Shown here: positions 50,744 to 62,110 of the stretch, one piece after another
Position numbering within the stretch: position 1 is the first letter of the stretch
How the letters are laid out: each line of letters starts with the position of its first letter
Assembly (NCBI GenBank): GCA_951406725.2
Contig: OX597838.1
Coordinates: forward strand, 27,342,001-27,406,000
Source of the DNA: Octopus vulgaris
Taxonomy: Eukaryota
Reading direction: 5' to 3'
Length of the DNA: 64,000 nucleotides
The notes under the pieces: generated by a model
Databases searched by the model: none
Seen by the model: only the letters and a program-made list of their open reading frames with translations
Told to the model about the DNA's origin: nothing
Made by a program: the position numbers and the translations under genes

Positions 50744-50930
50744 TGAAATTTATAGAAAAACAAAAGACAAAGACAGGTGTTTGAACAACAAGCAAGTGTA
50801 TTAGTTTGACACTTTGGAAAATGAAAAAGTCCTTTACGTTTCGAGCCTATGCTCTTCAACAGAAAGGAATAAGAGAAAATAAATAGAGAGAGAATGAAAA
50901 AAAAAAACTTGTAAATTTAAGCAGTCCAGT
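50740..50930 (-). mobile_element. Hammerhead-like element, subfamily P2
   Basis: Minus 50868-50830: cttt-CTGTTGA-a-gagc-atag-gctc-GAAACGTA-aagg; abuts (TA)n. Confidence 0.7.
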
Positions 50931-51063
50931 ATGATATCTGTTAATATTCTGTGTTGTAAGTGTGGACTGCAGCTATGCTTAGGGCACCATCTTGAAGGAT
51001 TATAGTCAAACAAATTGACCCGGTACTTGTGTTATTTTTAGTCTGGCTAAGTTACAGGGACAT

Positions 51064-51319
51064 TTTGTCTTTGAGAGAGACCTTGAGACTGTCCTTGAAG
51101 CGCTTCTTCTGCCCTCCGACTTTGCGTTTGCCCTGGCTGAGTTCACCGTAGAAGAGCTGTTTTGGGATGCGAGTGTCGGACATGCGGGAGACGTGGCCTG
51201 CCCATCTCAGCTGGGCCTTGCGCATGATCGTGATGGTGCTAGTGAGATCTGCCTGCTTCAGAACTTCCGTGTCTGGGACTTTGTCCTGCCAGCGGATGTG
51301 AAGGAGGTTCCGAAGACAC
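51064..51319 (-). mobile_element. RTE-clade LINE ORF internal fragment, uninterrupted frame
   Basis: CLRNLLHIRWQDKVPDTEVL...QLRWAGHVSRMSDTRIPKQLFYGEL..GKRKVGGQKKRFKDSLK; flanked by direct repeat CAGGGACAT. Confidence 0.9.
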
Positions 51320-51504
51320 CAGGGACATAAACAAACACTGGCTGTCAAACAGTGGAGTGGCAAATACAAAGACACACACACACATATCAACAAGAAGGGC
51401 ATTGAGCTGTAGAAATTCTGCCTCAACAAATTCCATCTCACCCATACAAACATGAAAAAGTGGACATTAAATGTTAGAATGATGATGATTTACAGGGTGT
51501 GTAT

Positions 51505-51927
51505 TACTCTTTACTCTTTTACTCTTTTTACTTGTTTCAGTCATTTGACTGCGGCCATGCTGGAGCACCGCCTTTAGTCGAGCAAATTGACCCCCAGGAC
51601 TTATTCTTTGTAAGCCCAGTACTTATTCTATCGGTCTCTTTTGCCGAACCGCTAAGTGACGGGGACGTAAACACACCAGCATCGGTTGTCAAGCAATGCT
51701 AGGGGGGACAAACACAGACACACAAACACGTACACACACATACATATATATAAATACATATATACGACGGGCTTCTCTCAGTTTCCGTCTACCAAACCCA
51801 CTCACAAGGCATTGGTCGGCCCGGGGCTATAGCAGAAGACACTTGCCCAAGATGCCACGCAGTGGGACTGAACCCGGAACCATGTGGTTGGTAAGAAAGC
51901 TACTTACCACACAGCCACTCCTGCGCC
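51505..51927 (-). mobile_element. SINE family A, young full-length copy
   Basis: Reverse complement of family A with (AAAGAGT)n-like tail. Confidence 0.9.
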
Positions 51928-52521
51928 TACTGGGTATATTTTTCATGGCACCAGTCTTAGGTTTGTTGTAAATGATAACAACTTTGAGGAAAAGAGAAAT
52001 GAATGTTACATATGTTTCAGTGAATGACTGCCATTTATTTCATATTACACACAAAGTTTATGCAATAAATTTAGAGTTCATGCACTTCTTCAGGTGTTAT
52101 AAGTCGATTCACATTCAACTACACACACACACACATGTGCATACGAAGACATACATAAAGCACTTTTATATACTTAACTTTGCTATGACAGTGCATCAAA
52201 CGTGATGACAGTGTTGACCCTAGGCATTCATCCTCTTCCACCTCCAACACATTGTTTCTCTTGGGAGGAGATGTGGCTCTGAGGGCACTGAAAGTCACCC
52301 TGAACAACAACTGCAGGTGTTTGATGAAGTTTCTTGTATTAGGCTTTTCCGTTTTCTCTTTCAATAATTTGGAGATTGTATCTGTATTTACTATATCAAG
52401 GCTTTCCAATTATTTCGTCATTGGCAATCTCTACACCATTGCCAGTGTAGAACACTGCCCAAGGACTTCTAACAGATGAACTTCACTGAGGGCTACCTAG
52501 TCAGCTGGTTTGCAGTGAAGG

Positions 52522-52905
52522 TGGAAGCACTCCGTCGGTTACGACGACGAGGGTTCCGGTTGATCCGATCAACGGAACAGCCTGCTCGTGAAATTAACGT
52601 GTAAGTGACTGAGCACTCCACAGACACGTGTACCCTTAATGTAGTTCTCGGGGATATTCAGCGTGACACAGAGAGTGAGTAGGCCGGCCCTTTGAAATAC
52701 AGGTACAACAGAAACAGGAAGTAAGAGTGAGAGAAAGTTGTGGTGAAAGAGTACAGCAGGGATCACCACCATCCCCTGCTGGAGCCTCGTGGAGCTTTAG
52801 GTGTTTTCGCTCAATAAACACTCACAACGCCCGGTCCGGGAATTGAAACCGCGATCCTACGACCGCGAGTCTGCTGCCCTAACCACTGGGCCATTGCGCC
52901 GCCAC
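52522..52905 (-). mobile_element. tRNA-derived SINE, head C + tail Y, full length
   Basis: TSD TGCAGTGAAGG at 52511-52521 and 52906-52916. Confidence 0.9.
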
Positions 52906-53952
52906 TGCAGTGAAGGACCTCCGGTTAGGCAAGACTTCTCTGAAAGACCAGTCGGCTGATTGCTTTCGCCCTCACGGTGTATAACCAAACGTAGCAAAAT
53001 AAATTTTTCATCAACACGCTCTTGGTTGCCTTTGATTTCATCGTGTATAGCTTGACTAAGCTATACAACCATCAGTGGTGGCAGCAGTAACAACAACAAC
53101 AACAACAGTGGCAGTGGTGGCGGTGGTGCTGCTGTTAATTTTCGGTACAAGATCAATTTTAGAGGATAAGAGGAGAACCATAATCGTATTCTTTATTCAT
53201 TTCGGTTGTATTTGCTTTAATTACTTGATGGAACTAAGCGGTTACTGCAAAGTGAAACCTAAAACAGTTCCACTGTAACAATCTAAAAGGGCTGAGTTTA
53301 TCTAAATCGTGTTTACTTCCATTGTGTGTGTTTATTGTATGGTTTGTTATTGCCATAAACACTGTTGATCTGACAATTTGATTAACTTGTAATGTAGTCA
53401 GTCACTTGTAGATGTAGTTATTTGTATGTATAGACATTTGTGTACATATGTGTATATATATGTGTGTGTGTGTATATGTATGTATGTATGTATGTATCTG
53501 TGTGTACACACATTTGTAAGCAATCATTGTATACACATAGAGAATGCCGTATCTATTTTGTGTTTGTTTTGTCTGTTTCTCTTTCTGTTTTTTTTGTTAC
53601 TGATAAAAGGATTACTTCAATGTTTGGGAATAAATTTTGCACACAATTCTTAATACTCTCTCTCTACTATAAATACTTATATTATCTAATTGGATGTAGA
53701 TTTTAGACTTATCATTGATGTCATTGCCGATGTCGTCATAATTGTCATCATCATCATCCTCGTTACCATCACCAAAATCACCACTCCTGTCTCTGCCAGC
53801 ACCGACATCAACACCATCATGAGTGTATACCCTTTTCAAGCTTCTCCAGTCATGTCTGTGATATTTTTCCTCATCATTTTATCGGTCATCATTTTAATGT
53901 CCACTTTTCCCCACTTGCATGGGTAGATGGAGTTTGTTGAGGAATATTTTTT

Positions 53953-54186
53953 CTTATTTCTTTATTGCCCACAAGGGGCTAAACATAGAGGGGACAAACA
54001 AGGACGGACATAGGTATTAAGTCGATGACATCGACCCCAGTACGTAACTGGTACTTAATTTATCGACCCCTTAAGGATGAAAGGCAAAGTAGACCTCAAC
54101 GGAATTTGAACTCAGAACATAAAGACAGACAAAATACCGCTAAGCATTTCGCCCGGCATGCTAACGTTTCTGCCAACTCGCCGCCT
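53953..54186 (-). mobile_element. SINE family B inserted in an F module
   Basis: Full reverse copy; F sequence on both sides (53885-53950, 54187-54280). Confidence 0.8.
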
Positions 54187-54402
54187 TTATGGCTGGGTAC
54201 CCTTCCTGTTGCCAACCCTTACCTGTTGCCAAGCGAGGCGATATTTTCTTCATGGCCAGATGTGTTTTCACAGAATATTGCCAAACCATCCAATCCATGC
54301 CAGCATGGAAAGCAGACGTTAAACAATGATGAGTGATAATGAATTAGGGATAAATTGTCTCTTCCTGTCCTAAATGTAACTCTTAGAGAATACTTGTGAG
54401 CT

Positions 54403-54824
54403 TAGTATGTTGTCAACTTAATGTGACAGTCCCATGAAAGGGAAGATTGCTACTGTTATTTAGCCCTAGGAAACACTGTTTCCTGTTGGACTTATGTTTT
54501 GAAAGTGGAGATAAGCACCTCCACCCAACAAAGCCAGCACCCCAGAGGCTAGTTTCAGTCATTGCTCATCATCAGTCAGGAGTAGCATGGCCTATCCGTG
54601 GATAGGCATCGACAGCTAGCAAGCCATGATACTCCAAACTGGACAATGACTCTGACACTAGTCTCTGGATGCTGGCTTTGCTGAGTGGAGGTGCTTATCT
54701 CCACTTTCAAAACAAGGACACAGGAAATATGTCAAGTCCAACAGGAAATGGTGTTTCCGAGGGTAAAATAACAGTAGCATTCATCCCTTTTATGGGACTG
54801 TCACATTAAGTTGACAACATACTA
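54403..54824. repeat. ~420-bp imperfect inverted repeat with hammerhead-like core
   Basis: Terminal arms tagtatgttgtcaacttaatgtgacagtcccat / atgggactgtcacattaagttgacaacatacta, ~160-180 bp each; minus 54575-54552 reads CTGATGA-tgagcaatgact-GAAAC. Confidence 0.85.
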
Positions 54825-55486
54825 TCACTTTCAAGTGCTGCTACTGTATAAATCTCTCTGAGAAATTTAGAAATGTATTATTTCTACTCGTGAGCTTGTC
54901 TAAAAAAAATTTTAAAAACCAACCTTTACAATGACTAGCTTTTGAGCATTCCTAGCATTAATTATATGTTAATGAATATAGCAGCTGATTTCAGCTTTTA
55001 TGATAGATGTTGTATTATCTTTGGTATTCAAGGCAAACACAATAAATTGCCTTGAATGCTGATTTAATTAATTATAGACTCAGGCATGGTCATGTGGTTA
55101 AGCGGCTTGCTTTACAAGTACATGGTTTTGGGTTCAGTTCCACTGCAAAGCCACTTCTACTATAAACCTAGGTTGACCAATGGTTGTGGTTAAATTTGGT
55201 CGATGGAAACTGTGTGGAAGCCTGTTGTGTTTGACTGTGTCTTAATGTCTGTGTTTGTCATAGTAAACAAGTAGCCATACTTGTCCAACTTCTTCGTCAG
55301 CTGGTTCTGCTTTTATATGTCAAGGTCAAGTCATTTCATTTTATTTATATATATGGTTTCCTATCTCTCTCTCTTTCTCACACACGTGAATGCACACCTA
55401 CATTTAATGAACTGAAAGAACGAGTACTCAACATCACACCGGTGTATAAATAGTTTCTTGTACCAGAAATTGACAGCGCTCTACTA

Positions 55487-55517
<31 letters not shown>

Positions 55518-55619
55518 ACAAGTATGCTCTGAAGTTTCTTGAATTAATATACTGAAAGAACTAGTGTATATGCAAATATAAACTGGTGTATGTATATGTG
55601 TGTGTGTTCCACATACAGA

Positions 55620-55863
55620 CTTTCTTTCTTTCTCTCCCTCTCACACACATGCTCTCACACACACACACACACATGTGCTCACATACACTCATTCTCTCTT
55701 TCTCTCTCTTACACATACACACACTTGTGCTCACACCCACACACACTTGTGCTCTCTTTCTCTCTCTCTCTCACACACACACTCGTGCTCTCTCTCATAC
55801 ACACACACACACTCATGCTCTCTCTCTCTCTCACACACACACATACACACACACACTCTTGTG

Positions 55864-55896
<33 letters not shown>

Positions 55897-56011
55897 TCTC
55901 GTGCTCTCACACATATACATTTACTCTCGTGCTCACACACACACACTCTAGTGCTCTCACACACACACTTGTGCTCTCTCTCTCTCACACATACACACAC
56001 ACACACTTGTG

Positions 56012-56044
<33 letters not shown>

Positions 56045-56080
56045 TACACACTCAGGCTCACACACACACACACCCACATA
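55620..56080. repeat. Compound (CA)n/(CT)n microsatellite with recurring 'ct.gtgctct' linkers
   Basis: Directly visible. Confidence 0.85.
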
Positions 56081-56454
56081 CATACTGATACCTATTGTGG
56101 GGTCACTATCACAATATCAGTCACGTTGCAGTGTAGTTGCATGTTGGTTGCATTAAAAATGTGTTACTGTCTGTGTGTATATGTGTGTGTGTGCATGCAT
56201 AACTGTGCAGTGACATGCATACTGTTGTGCACATGTTGTCAGCTAGTGGCCTGACATGCATGTTCCAGTCAGTTCTGCACTAAACCATGCAGATGCTTAC
56301 ATCTTAGTTGAAACGCAATTAATCTCTCCTTCAAAGCATATTTCTTTGATGTTAATTCATTCATTGAAGATGTTTGGTGCGTTTCATTAGCATCACTGAT
56401 CTGTTATCAGTTTGATTTCCTTATAAAAAAAAAATAAATAAAAAAATAAAACAA

Positions 56455-57445
56455 GGCACAGGAGTGGCTGTGTGGTAAGTAGCTTGTCAACCAACCACAT
56501 GGTTCCGGGTTCAGTCCCACTGCGTGGCACCTTGGGCAAGAGTCTTCTACTATAGCCTCGGGCCGACCTAAGCCTTGTGAGTGGATTTGGTAGACGGAAC
56601 CTGAAAGAAGCCCCTCATATATATGTATATATATATCTATATGCGTGTGTGTGTTTGTGTGTCTGTGTTTGTCCCCTAGCATTGCTTGACCACCGATGCT
56701 GGTGTTTTTACGTCCCCGTCACTTAGCGGTTCGACAAAAGAGACCGACAGAATAAGTACTGGGCTTACAAAGAATAAGTCCCTAGGTCGATTTGCTCGAC
56801 TAAAGGCGGACCTCCAGCATGGCCGCAGTCAAATGACTGAAACAAGTAAAAGAGAGTAAAAAGAAAGAAAGAGGTATTGTCAGGTGGTTAAGAAGCTTGC
56901 TTCCTAACCACATGGTTCCGGGTTCAGTCCCACTATGTGGCACCTTGGGCAAGTGTTTTCTACTATAGTCCTGTGCCAATCAATGCCTTGTGAGTAAAAT
57001 TTGTGGACAGAAACTGCATGGAAGCTTGTTGTGTGTGCGAGTGTGTGTGTGCGTTTGTTGTGTGTGTGTGTGTGTGTGTATGCCTGTGTTTGTTCTCCCC
57101 ACCACATAACCTCCGGTGTTGGTTTGTTTACATCCCTGTAACAGCAGTTCAGCCAAAGAGACCAACAGAATGAATACCTAAAAGGGGCTAAATACAGAGG
57201 GGACAAACAAAGACAGACATAGGTATTAAATCGATTACATCGACCCCAGTGTGTAACTAGTACTTAATTTATCGACCCCGAAAGGATGAAAGGCAAAGTC
57301 GACCTCGGCGGAATTTGAACTCAGAACATAATGGCAGACGAATGAATACCAGATATCAAAAATAAGTGCTGAGGTCAATTTGTTCAACTAAACTCCTTTG
57401 GGTGGGGTCCCAGCATGGCCACAGTGCAGTGACTAAAACAAACAA
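56455..57445 (+). mobile_element. Two family-A SINEs; the second interrupted by a minus-strand B copy (~57180-57342)
   Basis: Module matches. Confidence 0.8.
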
Positions 57446-57618
57446 AAAAGAAAATAATAAAAGTTTTTATTCCAAGTTAAGGTGTGTTGTGTTTGTTTTG
57501 ACCTAACCAAGTTCTACACCCGAGTAGTGTGCTCAGTAAGTCAAGAAATTCAATCCAAGTGCACAGTCTACCAAGGGACTACACACCCTTCTCAGTGAAC
57601 AGCTACTTCATGCAAATA

Positions 57619-57653
<35 letters not shown>

Positions 57654-57776
57654 TAAGGGAGAGAGAGAGATATTAAATGTAGGATTTGCTATAATGAATG
57701 AAGCTTTGCAGATCACAAAAACTTCAATCATGTTTTTACTATTGTTAACACTTCTATGGACTAAATATACAGAGTG

Positions 57777-57896
57777 GTGCAGGAGTGGCTGTGTGGTAAG
57801 TAGCTCGCTTACCAACCACATGGTCCTGCTATAGCCTCAGGCCGACCAAAGCCTTGTGAGTGGATTTGGTAGACGGAAACTGAAAGAAGCCCATCA

Positions 57897-57950
<54 letters not shown>

Positions 57951-58216
57951 CAATAAAGGGTTTAGCAACGAATTGCCTTACCACAGACCGAATTTAGAAA
58001 TAGCAGTCAAAGAGTTATAGCTATTTCTTCTACTAAAAGAAATAGCTATAACTCTTTGACTGCTATTTCTAAATTCGGTCTGTGGTAAGGCAAGTTGCTA
58101 AACCCTTTATTGCTTAGTATTACTTAAATTTTCCTCGAATGAGGCTTTTACATGCCGAAGACTACTTGGTGTAATTGATAATTATTCCAAATTAATTAAT
58201 TTCACCCTTCATTATT

Positions 58217-58286
<70 letters not shown>

Positions 58287-58430
58287 ACGTCTCTCTAACT
58301 TAGCGGTTTGGCAAAAGAGGCCGATAGAATAAGTACTAGGCTTACAAAGAATAAGCTCTGGGGTCGATTTGCTCAACTAAAGGTGGTGCTCCAGCATGGC
58401 TGCAGTCAAATGACTGAAACAAGTAAAAGA
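57777..58430 (+). mobile_element. Family-A SINE with a hairpin insert in its internal (TA)n
   Basis: A head 57777-57895, A tail 58280-58430. Confidence 0.8.
57947..58221. repeat. Long hairpin insert between (TA)n tracts
   Basis: Near-perfect arms 57947-58029 and 58037-58116, then ~105-bp tail containing 'cgaatgaggc-ttttacat-gccgaagac'. Confidence 0.85.
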
Positions 58431-58454
58431 AAAAATATAAGAAAGTGTGTATGC

Positions 58455-58750
58455 ATATGGCCAAATGGCTTTGTGGTTAGGGTGTTGCTCTCACGATTTA
58501 GCAATCGGGATTTCAGTTCCTGGTCTGGGTGGTGCGTTGTGTTCTTGAGTAGAACACTTCATATCATATTGCTCTGCTATCACTTCAACTCCTAACACGT
58601 GGCACACCGTGCACCTGTTCAGACAGCATCCTTTTGATGGAGTGAAGTGAGCTAATGTGCGGTACATACATTTGTTCACTCTAAATTAATCAATCACCAC
58701 CTGTACAGGTCGTTCGGCAAAGACTGAACACTTACATGTCATCTTTGACA
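58455..58750 (+). mobile_element. SINE, head D-like with a further distinct tail
   Basis: tggctttgtggttagggtg...gcgttgtgttcttgag..gaacacttcat then unrelated 3' part. Confidence 0.55.
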
Positions 58751-58772
58751 GGAGATTCCATATATATATGTA

Positions 58773-58805
<33 letters not shown>

Positions 58806-58969
58806 GTATGTATGTATGTATATGTATATGTATGTATATATATATATGTATGTATGTATGTATATATAATGTATATATATGTATGTATATATAATGTATA
58901 TGTATAATGTATATATATGTATGTATATATAATGTATATGTATGTTTATATGTATGTATATATAATGTG

Positions 58970-59018
<49 letters not shown>

Positions 59019-59024
59019 ATATAA

Positions 59025-59067
<43 letters not shown>

Positions 59068-59159
59068 TGTGATCATCATTTAGTGGTCCATGTTCCATGT
59101 AGGCATGGGTTGAACAGTTTGACAGGGCCTGGTGGGTCAAAGGACATGATTTCTATAGC

Positions 59160-59357
59160 CCAATGCCCTTCGCTGTATATATTCCTCCTTCCTGGATGGG
59201 AAGGTAGTCCACTGCAGGTTTACTCACTTTTGCCAGCTGAGTGGATGTGAAATGAAGTGTTTTGCTCATGGACACAATGCATTGTACAGTCCAGGAGTCG
59301 AAAGCACAATCTTAGATTCATGGACGCAGCACCCTAATCACTAAGCCACAAACCTCC
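59160..59357 (-). mobile_element. SINE head D-like, variant body
   Basis: Shares 'cctgc.gtggact..c.tcccatcc.gga' with 63040-63320. Confidence 0.55.
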
Positions 59358-60214
59358 ACACACACACACACATACACACACATGAGAGAAATAGTATGTG
59401 TATACCAGTGTAAACATTGTCTTGTTGTGACCCTTTATGACAAAAGAAAAAAATCTTAAGCCATTCAATAGATAGATATGGATAAAATGAAACCAAACTG
59501 GAATAAGTGCCGGGTGATGGTCGGGGCTATATTATGAAGGGAAATAAGAAACCTTTAAAGTCATTGCTCCAGCATGGTCACAGTCTGGTGACTGAAGCTA
59601 TTAGAAGAGAATATGAATGATAATGTCTTTCTGGTTGATACAACACCACCAGACATCATCATCATCATCATCATCATCATCATGTTTTAATTGATGAGTG
59701 ATTTTATTAGTTTGCTACAGTATTGATTATAAATCTTCCAATGACATACTTTATTATTGTGATTTTGTATTGTACCAGTTTATAAATAGCAGTGCTGCAA
59801 CACAGAGATTTCCTGGCTACAATGGGAACGGCAGTAGTCTTGCACCTCTGTTCACCTCTGCCATCACGGAGCTTGTACGTGGTTGCTCAACTTGGCTGAA
59901 ATAGCAGCCAAATATCTCACTGATAACATTACTAACATGTGACCTCTTTTGGTACTGACCTACCCGCGTCTGCCTCTGTCTTTCGGATGAAAATAATTGT
60001 TTTAAAATGTTTGAATTCACTGCCATGTATAAATCACAGTATTTTATTATTGATTTTTAAATGAGAGAAACTGAAGTGCAACTTATACGCAGGGCAGAGC
60101 TAAAACTATGAAGGAAAAAAACCCATTTTGTATCATGATTTAGGCTTATACATGGGTAAATTTGGTAAATTAAAATTCCTTCAAAATTTTATTCACGATG
60201 TATTGTTATCCGTT

Positions 60215-61230
60215 TCTTAACGCCTGATATCAAGTCACGAGGCTGAAGCCCTTGGTTCTGTACTGAAAACCTCCTGTTTTAAAGTGACCTACATTAAAAC
60301 CTGCCATCAAAGTTTTATGTTACTCTATGTTCAAAAAACCAGTTTAAAAATGAGACAAAATTGTTTTACTAAATACTTCATTATTTTCAAATTAATAGAA
60401 ACAAAGACTGTGTATTTCTGTTGAAATATGGTAACAAAATGGTTTAAGAGGTAAACTTTGTAAACCGTTTGATGCCAACCACCTGGTTCTATGATAGAAA
60501 CTTCCCTCTTTTAAGGTTGTCTAAATTGAAACCTTCCATGAAAATTTCATCATTTACAAATTTTTTTCACAAGGCCAGTTAATTCAAAGAAGAGAGTTAG
60601 TTACATCGACACCAGTGTTCAGCTGGTATTTATTTTATTGGCCCTGAAAGGAAACGAAAGACAAACTCAATCTGGGCAGAATTTGAAGTTGGACTGTAAA
60701 GATGGACAAAATGCTGCTAAGCATTTTGCCCTGCATGGTAGCAATTCTGCCAGCCTGTTGTCTTATACCAGTTTAATATTGGTTTCAAACAAGGTGATGA
60801 GCTTTCAGAAACATTAGCATTTCGTCTGTCTATGTTCTGAGTTAAAATTCCACCGAGGTTGACTTTGCCTTTCATCCTTTCGGTGTCGATAAATTAAGTA
60901 CCAGTTGTGTACTGGGGTCGATCTAATCGACTGGCCTCCTCCCCAAAAATTTTGCGCCTTGTGCTGAGACTAAAAAAGAATATTGGTTTCAAATTTTGGC
61001 ACAAGGCTAGCAGGTTTGGGGGAGAGGCTAAGTCGATTAAATCAACCCCAGTTTTCAACTGAAAGGATGAAAGAGAAAGTCGACTTTGGCGGAATTTGAA
61101 CCAAGGATGTACCAAATGCTGCTGAGCATGTTGCTTGGTTGCTAATAATTCTCTGCCAGCTTGCCACCTTCCATCATTTTAATATTGACAAAGTTGTTTT
61201 ACTAAATTCTTCTTTATTTCCAAAGTGATA
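60215..61230. mobile_element. Two TTAA-MITE family-2 copies, the second split by three family-B SINEs (~60555-61170)
   Basis: MITE motifs 'ccatcaaa.tttt', 'ttttactaaat.cttc', 'gaaatatggtaacaaaa'; B modules in both orientations. Confidence 0.6.
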
Positions 61231-61782
61231 GAAATGAAGTTGGTATAAAATGGCTGGTGATGGAAAGAAAGGGCCTCCAGCCTGTAAAAATAAGAGAAAA
61301 AAAAAAAAAGACTAAGTCATAAGAAATCTCTGATACACAATCAATGAAGATTGGGGATTTTCTCGGCTGTGTGTGCATGTGAGGGCCAGATGATGAAATA
61401 TCACAATAGGGGGAGAGATGCTGTGAGAGCCTTCCTACTCGTACAAGCTGTTGAAGGTGGGGTATGAAATGATGATTATATTGATAAAAAGTCCTCTGCA
61501 GAGAAGAGAAACCGATTGTGAAACAAAGTCTTGAAAGCCATAAATAATAGAATTCCTGTCCTTCTTGTAGATGATATAACGCTGGGAAGATTGTGGTTGG
61601 TGAGGGATGAGGAGGAGGAGGGTGTTAACAAGAAAAAAGAAAAAGCCAAAGAAAAGAAAAAAAATGTTTTGTTTCGTTCCTTTTGATAGTTTATTTTGTA
61701 TAATCATCTCCTTTGGTAAGCTGTCACTTCCAGTAACTGCTGTGGGGAAGTGAATAAATCTGATAAAATAAGGAAATAGAAA

Positions 61783-61784
<2 letters not shown>

Positions 61785-61827
<43 letters not shown>

Positions 61828-62024
61828 TATATACACACACGTGTGTGTGTGTGTATACATGTATATATATATATATGTATGTGTATATATATATATGTTT
61901 GTATGTAATATATATATATATAAATGTGAGTGTATACATGTATATATATATATATGTATGTGTATATATACATATGTATGTATGTATGTATGTGTGTGTG
62001 TATATGTATGTATGTATGCATATT

Positions 62025-62071
<47 letters not shown>

Positions 62072-62110
62072 GTATGTGTGTGTGTGTGTGTATTTTGTGT
62101 ATGTACATAT
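61785..62110. repeat. Compound (TA)n/(TG)n/(TATG)n microsatellite, representative of many such tracts
   Basis: Directly visible; similar tracts at 27750-28005, 32850-33015, 33345-33560, 37830-38125, 49670-50210 and 58760-59066. Confidence 0.95.
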
